This document shows positions 7,461 to 11,623 of a stretch of 11,623 bases of DNA, one piece after another (within the stretch, counting starts at the first letter, position 1; each line of letters begins with the position of its first letter). Under the pieces are notes generated by a model that was not told where the DNA came from, made no database searches, and saw nothing but the letters and a program-made list of their open reading frames with translations. The DNA comes from Fidelibacterota bacterium. GTDB taxonomy: Bacteria; Fidelibacterota; Fidelibacteria; Fidelibacterales; Fidelibacteraceae. The DNA is taken from NCBI GenBank assembly GCA_034723415.1, contig JAYEOX010000125.1, positions 1-11,623 of the forward strand, written 5' to 3'. Made by a program: the position numbers and the translations under genes.

Positions 7461-8870
7461 TTATTTACTTTTTATAATCTTCCCAAAAAATTCTTTCAAT
7501 ATCCTAATACAAACATCTTTTCTATAACTTTTTGAAGACCGACTATCATCAATAGGTTTAATAAGTTTATTGTATTTTTTGACAACTTCAAAATAAACAC
7601 TATCTATTTCCCGTTTCGTTTTCCCTATCATTTTCTTTTCCAAATCTCTCGATCGAACAACAGTAGAAGCCACTGCGCCAAATGCAATTCTAACATCAGA
7701 AACTTTATCATTTTCAAAATCTACCATCCCAATGAAAGATGCTTTTGATAAACTCATTCCCTTTCGTGAACCGGCTTTTTTATAATAATTTATGTCATAA
7801 CTTTTAGCAGGAATAATTATTTTATATAAAATTTCGTTTGAATCTATAATCGTCTTTCCCGGACCATAAATAAATTTATCTATTGTAATTGTCCTCTCAT
7901 TTTGTTTACTTTTCAAAACTAATTCTGCATCTGCTGCATATAAAAATGGAAGTGTGTCACCGGCAGGAGAAGCATTGATTATATTTCCGCCGATTGTCGC
8001 GAGATTTCGTGTTGGAAATGAAGCCATTTCTGAAATTAATTCTTTGAATACTTCCGGAATATTTTCATTCATCAACAATTCATTTAATGTAACAGCAGAA
8101 CCAATGTGAATTTTTTCATCAATCAATTGAATCTTTTTTAATTGATCCAAATTCCCAATAAATAAAAGTTGTTTATTGAATTTAGGCTTAACTCCGGAAC
8201 TACCGGCATTTTTCACCATCAAATCAGTCCCACCTGAAATAATCGTAACTTCTTCATTATCTAAAATTTCTAATGCTTCATCAATAGTATTTGCAAATTC
8301 TCCTTTTTTGCTTACTATTTTTTGCGACTTGGCGATTTGGTGAGCATTATTCCCCAAGCTATAATTATCTTCTTCTTTGCGACTTTGCGACTTTGCGAGA
8401 GGGATTTCTTTTTCCATTTTCTCCACCGCTAACTTCACACCTTCAACAATCATCTGATAACCCGTGCAACGACATAAATTCCCCGAAAGTGCCTCTTTTA
8501 TCTCGGTTTCATTCGGATTTTTATTTACATTTAACAGTCCGGCAGTTGACATTACCATTCCCGATGTACAGAATCCACACTGAACAGACCCGGCTTCCAA
8601 AAACGACTCTTCAATCAATTTATATTCATCTGTTTTGTTGAATTCTTCCAAAGTTAAAATACTTTTCCCATTAATCATTCCGGCCGAAATCAAACAAGAA
8701 TTTACTGCTTTCCCATCAAGTAAAATTATACAAGCCCCACACTCACCTTCACCACAACCTTCTTTTACTGACTTTAACCCAAAATCATCTCTCAAAATAT
8801 CCAATAATCTTCGACTTGGATCTACTTCTATTATCTCATTTTTATTATTTAATTGGAACTCTATTTTCAT
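7461..8870 (-). CDS. Xanthine-dehydrogenase-family fused [2Fe-2S] + FAD-binding subunit
   Basis: 469 aa. N-terminal CGEGECGAC..NSC and QCGFC..NLCRC bind two 2Fe-2S clusters. The C-terminal FAD domain has ISGGTD, RNLATIGGNIINASPAGD, RIAFGAVA and PIDDSRSS..YR. ATGA overlap with the Mo subunit and RBS GGAGG at 8881-8885. Confidence 0.93.
   Translation of the reverse strand: MKIEFQLNNKNEIIEVDPSRRLLDILRDDFGLKSVKEGCGEGECGACIILLDGKAVNSCLISAGMINGKSILTLEEFNKTDEYKLIEESFLEAGSVQCGFCTSGMVMSTAGLLNVNKNPNETEIKEALSGNLCRCTGYQMIVEGVKLAVEKMEKEIPLAKSQSRKEEDNYSLGNNAHQIAKSQKIVSKKGEFANTIDEALEILDNEEVTIISGGTDLMVKNAGSSGVKPKFNKQLLFIGNLDQLKKIQLIDEKIHIGSAVTLNELLMNENIPEVFKELISEMASFPTRNLATIGGNIINASPAGDTLPFLYAADAELVLKSKQNERTITIDKFIYGPGKTIIDSNEILYKIIIPAKSYDINYYKKAGSRKGMSLSKASFIGMVDFENDKVSDVRIAFGAVASTVVRSRDLEKKMIGKTKREIDSVYFEVVKKYNKLIKPIDDSRSSKSYRKDVCIRILKEFFGKIIKSK
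8321..8343 (+). repeat. Degenerate second octamer repeat copy in the FeS-FAD linker
   Basis: TTTGCGACTTGGCGATTTGGTGA matches 8376-8398 at 19 of 23 nt and encodes HQIAKSQK. Confidence 0.75.
8375..8400 (+). repeat. Octamer repeat element (CTTTGCGA)x3 + GA, inside the FeS-FAD linker
   Basis: Three perfect tandem copies at 8375-8382, 8383-8390 and 8391-8398. It encodes LAKSQSRK on the minus strand. Confidence 0.92.
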
Positions 8871-10975
8871 TTTTTCATTGCCTCCATTAAATATTCAGAA
8901 GTTATTGGAATCTTTTTTATTGTGATTGAAAGAGCATTTGAAACAGCTTCCGCAATTGCCGGTGGCGGGCCTGTCAATGGTAATTCTCCGGCACACTTCG
9001 CACCAAAAGGACCAAATTCATAAGGATTTTTTACAAATTCACTTTGGAATTTTGGTATATCTTTTACTGTTGGAATTTTGTAATCAGTCATATTTTTTTG
9101 AACTAATTTTCCTTTAGATGAATTCATTACTTCCGTTGTAGCCCAGCCGATTCCTTGAAGCATTCCGCCTTCCATCTGTCCTCGTAAAGCTCGCTCGTCA
9201 ATTACCGTTCCTACATCATAAACCGCCCACATATTTTTAACATCTATTTCGAAAGTAACAGGATCAATTTCTACTTCAGCAACATTTACTCCATAAGAAT
9301 AAACCGGATAAGCATCGCCTTCAAATTTGTCATCATCCCATTTCAGAAAATCCGGATGCTTATAAATTCTAGTAACTGTAATATCTTTTTGCTTTTCCCA
9401 CTTTTCCTTCAATTCCACACTTGCACTTTTTAGCAATCCCCCAACGATCATTGTTGTTCTTGATGCAACTGTCGGACCTGAATCCGGAACTTTTTTGGTA
9501 TCAGGAATTTCATAAATCACTTGTTCTATCGGTATTGAAAGAGTGTACGAAACAATTTTTCTGAGAGCGGTTTCAGCTCCTTGCCCCATCTCTACACTGG
9601 AAACATTGATAGAAACTTGATTGCCTTTTTTTTGTAAAATAATCTTTCCTTTAATATCATTTTCACCCTTTCCTGTAAATCCACATCCGTGCAAAAACAG
9701 TGACATTCCCATACCTTTGAATTTCTTTTTTTCCGTAGAATGTTTTTTATAATTGGACATTTTTTCAACAATTTCAATCATCTTCGGTAACTTCACCTCT
9801 TCACGGATTATTCCCTTTGTAGCTGTAGAATCACCACTTTTCAACAGATGCCGTTTCTTAAAATCTAAAACATTAATTTTTAATCTTTTTGCAATATTTG
9901 TCATCAACATTTCAATTGCAAATATAACTTGTGGGGCACCAAATCCACGATATGCACCACAAGGAACGGTATTCGTTTTATAATTTTTGCCTGTTACTTT
10001 TAAATTGTGAAAATTGTAAACTCCCGTTGCAGAAAATATTCCTCTCTGAAGAACGACAGGTGAAAGCCCGGAAAAAGCTCCGGCATTGAAATTTACATCA
10101 ACTATTAATGCGGTAATATTTTTATTTTTATCAAGACCAATTTTGTAATGAATAATTGACGGATGTCTTTTTGTGGAAGAAATAATATCTTCATTTCTAT
10201 CGTAAATTATTTTTACCGGATGTTTTGTTTTCAATGAAGCGACTGCAACTTGACCGGCAAGTAATGATGGAAATTCCTCTTTGCCGCCAAAAGCTCCACC
10301 GGTTGTAGAATGAGTTACTCGAATTTGATCTGTTTTCCAACCAAGCACATCTTGAATTGCACCTTCGATAAAAAACGGACATTGCATCGATCCAAAAATA
10401 TGCATCTTATCATCTTTGAATTCTGCAACAATTCCCTGCGGTTCAATATAAATATGTTCTTGATAACCTGTTTGATATTTCTCTTCAATGATCGTTTCCG
10501 CTTCTTGGAATGCTTTTGTCGGATCACCTTTTGAATAATTGTATTCTGTAAAAATTGCTTTATTATTGACCGCTTCTTTAATTGATAAAATCGGTTTTTT
10601 CTCTTCATATTCAATCTTAATTTCATTTACAATTTTACTTATTATTTCACGATCAGCTCCAACAACCAACAATATCGGCTGACCAACATAATGGACTTCA
10701 TTTTCAGCAAAAATCGGATGATCGGAAACAACAGTCCGCATTCTATTAATTCCCGGCACATCATTTTTATCAATCACAAAATAATTTTTGGGTAAATTTG
10801 GAATTTTTATAGACAATATCTTTCCTTTCGGAATTTCACTTCTTACGGTTTTCGCATAATATAAATCTTTAAATTTTACATCGTCAATGTATTTTGCTTT
10901 ACCACTAATTTTCCCTTTCCCATCAACTCTGTAAATTGCTTTACTAATATTATTTTCCACAATATTCCTCGTCAT
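8867..10975 (-). CDS. Xanthine-dehydrogenase-family molybdopterin-binding large subunit
   Basis: 702 aa. QEHIYIEP, SMQCP, GGAFGGKE, KRHP, AYRGFGAPQ, EMGQG, GPTVASR, GQMEGG, DYKIPT, and GAKCAGE (catalytic Glu). Confidence 0.95.
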   Translation of the reverse strand: MTRNIVENNISKAIYRVDGKGKISGKAKYIDDVKFKDLYYAKTVRSEIPKGKILSIKIPNLPKNYFVIDKNDVPGINRMRTVVSDHPIFAENEVHYVGQPILLVVGADREIISKIVNEIKIEYEEKKPILSIKEAVNNKAIFTEYNYSKGDPTKAFQEAETIIEEKYQTGYQEHIYIEPQGIVAEFKDDKMHIFGSMQCPFFIEGAIQDVLGWKTDQIRVTHSTTGGAFGGKEEFPSLLAGQVAVASLKTKHPVKIIYDRNEDIISSTKRHPSIIHYKIGLDKNKNITALIVDVNFNAGAFSGLSPVVLQRGIFSATGVYNFHNLKVTGKNYKTNTVPCGAYRGFGAPQVIFAIEMLMTNIAKRLKINVLDFKKRHLLKSGDSTATKGIIREEVKLPKMIEIVEKMSNYKKHSTEKKKFKGMGMSLFLHGCGFTGKGENDIKGKIILQKKGNQVSINVSSVEMGQGAETALRKIVSYTLSIPIEQVIYEIPDTKKVPDSGPTVASRTTMIVGGLLKSASVELKEKWEKQKDITVTRIYKHPDFLKWDDDKFEGDAYPVYSYGVNVAEVEIDPVTFEIDVKNMWAVYDVGTVIDERALRGQMEGGMLQGIGWATTEVMNSSKGKLVQKNMTDYKIPTVKDIPKFQSEFVKNPYEFGPFGAKCAGELPLTGPPPAIAEAVSNALSITIKKIPITSEYLMEAMKK

Positions 10976-11537
10976 AATATTTCTTTATTTTTTCATAATC
11001 TTCTATAGTGTCAACATCAAGATGAATTCCCAGATCATCAACATCAAGTTTATAATCATCTATCTTGTGAATGAAATCACGAAGGATTTCATCATCTGAC
11101 ATATTTAACATTTCTTTAATTAATTTACTTTTGAAAAGTATTGGATGTCCCTTTTTCCCATTGCATCTTGGCGAAACAATGCCGGAATTTATCTCTAACA
11201 TTTTTCTATAAGTTGACGATTTCACCAATGGTTGATCACCGGGAATAATAAAAAACCGTTCTGCTTTAATTTCGCGAACACCTCTGCGAATTGATGAGAA
11301 CATTCCCTTTTCATAATTTTTATTTATAACTGTTTCAACATTTGACAAATTATAAGTTAGCTTTTGAATTCGCTCACATTGATGCCCTGCAACAACAATA
11401 ATCCGATCACAAATACTTTCCATTCCTTCAACACATCTTTCTAAAATATTTTTATCACCTAATTTCAATTCCATTTTAAACTTTTTCATTCGTCGTGAAA
11501 AGCCACCTGCTAAAATTATTCCTTCTACTTTTTTCAT
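10950..11537 (-). CDS. mocA: Molybdenum cofactor cytidylyltransferase (MocA/YgfJ-like NTP transferase)
   Basis: 195 aa. IILAGGFSRRM, GMFSSIRRG, PGDQP, GHPILF, LDVDT..DY. It lies next to an XDH-family enzyme, many of which use MCD, and overlaps the next gene by 26 nt. Confidence 0.8.
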   Translation of the reverse strand: MKKVEGIILAGGFSRRMKKFKMELKLGDKNILERCVEGMESICDRIIVVAGHQCERIQKLTYNLSNVETVINKNYEKGMFSSIRRGVREIKAERFFIIPGDQPLVKSSTYRKMLEINSGIVSPRCNGKKGHPILFKSKLIKEMLNMSDDEILRDFIHKIDDYKLDVDDLGIHLDVDTIEDYEKIKKYYDEEYCGK

Positions 11538-11556
11538 TCGTTTATGTTTCCTTTCT

Positions 11557-11582
11557 TCTCGCTAAGTCGCAAAGTCGCAAAG
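11557..11582 (-). repeat. Octamer repeat element copy, opposite orientation, upstream of mocA
   Basis: The + strand reads TCTCGCTAAGTCGCAAAGTCGCAAAG. Its reverse complement CTTTGCGACTTTGCGACTTAGCGAGA matches 8375-8400 at 25 of 26 nt. Confidence 0.9.
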
Positions 11583-11623
11583 TTGTTTTATATTTTATTT
11601 TGTTCATTATTTTATATTTCCAA

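Noticed and set aside
8293..8308. SD-like AAAGGAG at the start of the FAD domain, suggesting an internal start
   Set aside because: There is no in-frame start codon at a suitable distance; the nearby TTG is out of frame.
6019..8870. TGA stops of the Mo subunit and DUF364 genes as selenocysteine codons
   Set aside because: Both fall at natural C-termini and form ATGA stop/start overlaps with the next gene. No truncated domains suggest read-through.
1595..10626. Short alternative-frame and antisense ORFs in the track (e.g. 1595-1801, 2572-2790, 5564-5848, 5667-5981, 8291-8641, 10315-10626)
   Set aside because: All lie within well-supported genes and show no recognisable motifs. Those crossing 5823-5877 and 8375-8400 are partly explained by the repeat being stop-free.
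4480..11582. Repeats as a CRISPR array
   Set aside because: Copies are scattered over kilobases, internally periodic and in both orientations. There are no regular unique spacers and no cas genes.

Overview
AT-rich bacterial window with 11 genes, all on the minus strand. In transcription order they are: MocA-like molybdenum-cofactor cytidylyltransferase, xanthine-dehydrogenase-family Mo subunit, fused [2Fe-2S]+FAD subunit, uncharacterised membrane protein, DUF364-like protein, XdhC/CoxI maturation factor, P-loop NTPase, a large fold-type-II PLP enzyme, 8-oxoguanine-deaminase-type amidohydrolase, a CDF metal transporter, and a small membrane protein cut by the window edge. The cluster looks like a purine-catabolism or Mo-hydroxylase locus. 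The most unusual signal is a dispersed short repeat built on the octamer CTTTGCG(A/T), usually in about three tandem copies. It occurs at five clear or fairly clear loci, plus one more degenerate locus, and in both orientations. It sits between genes and also in frame inside three proteins: an insert of about 27 aa in XdhC, the FeS-FAD linker, and the NTPase C-terminal tail. One intergenic copy is interrupted by a 19-nt hairpin. No transposase, RNA gene or CRISPR array was seen. All family assignments come from motif recognition by eye, without database searches.
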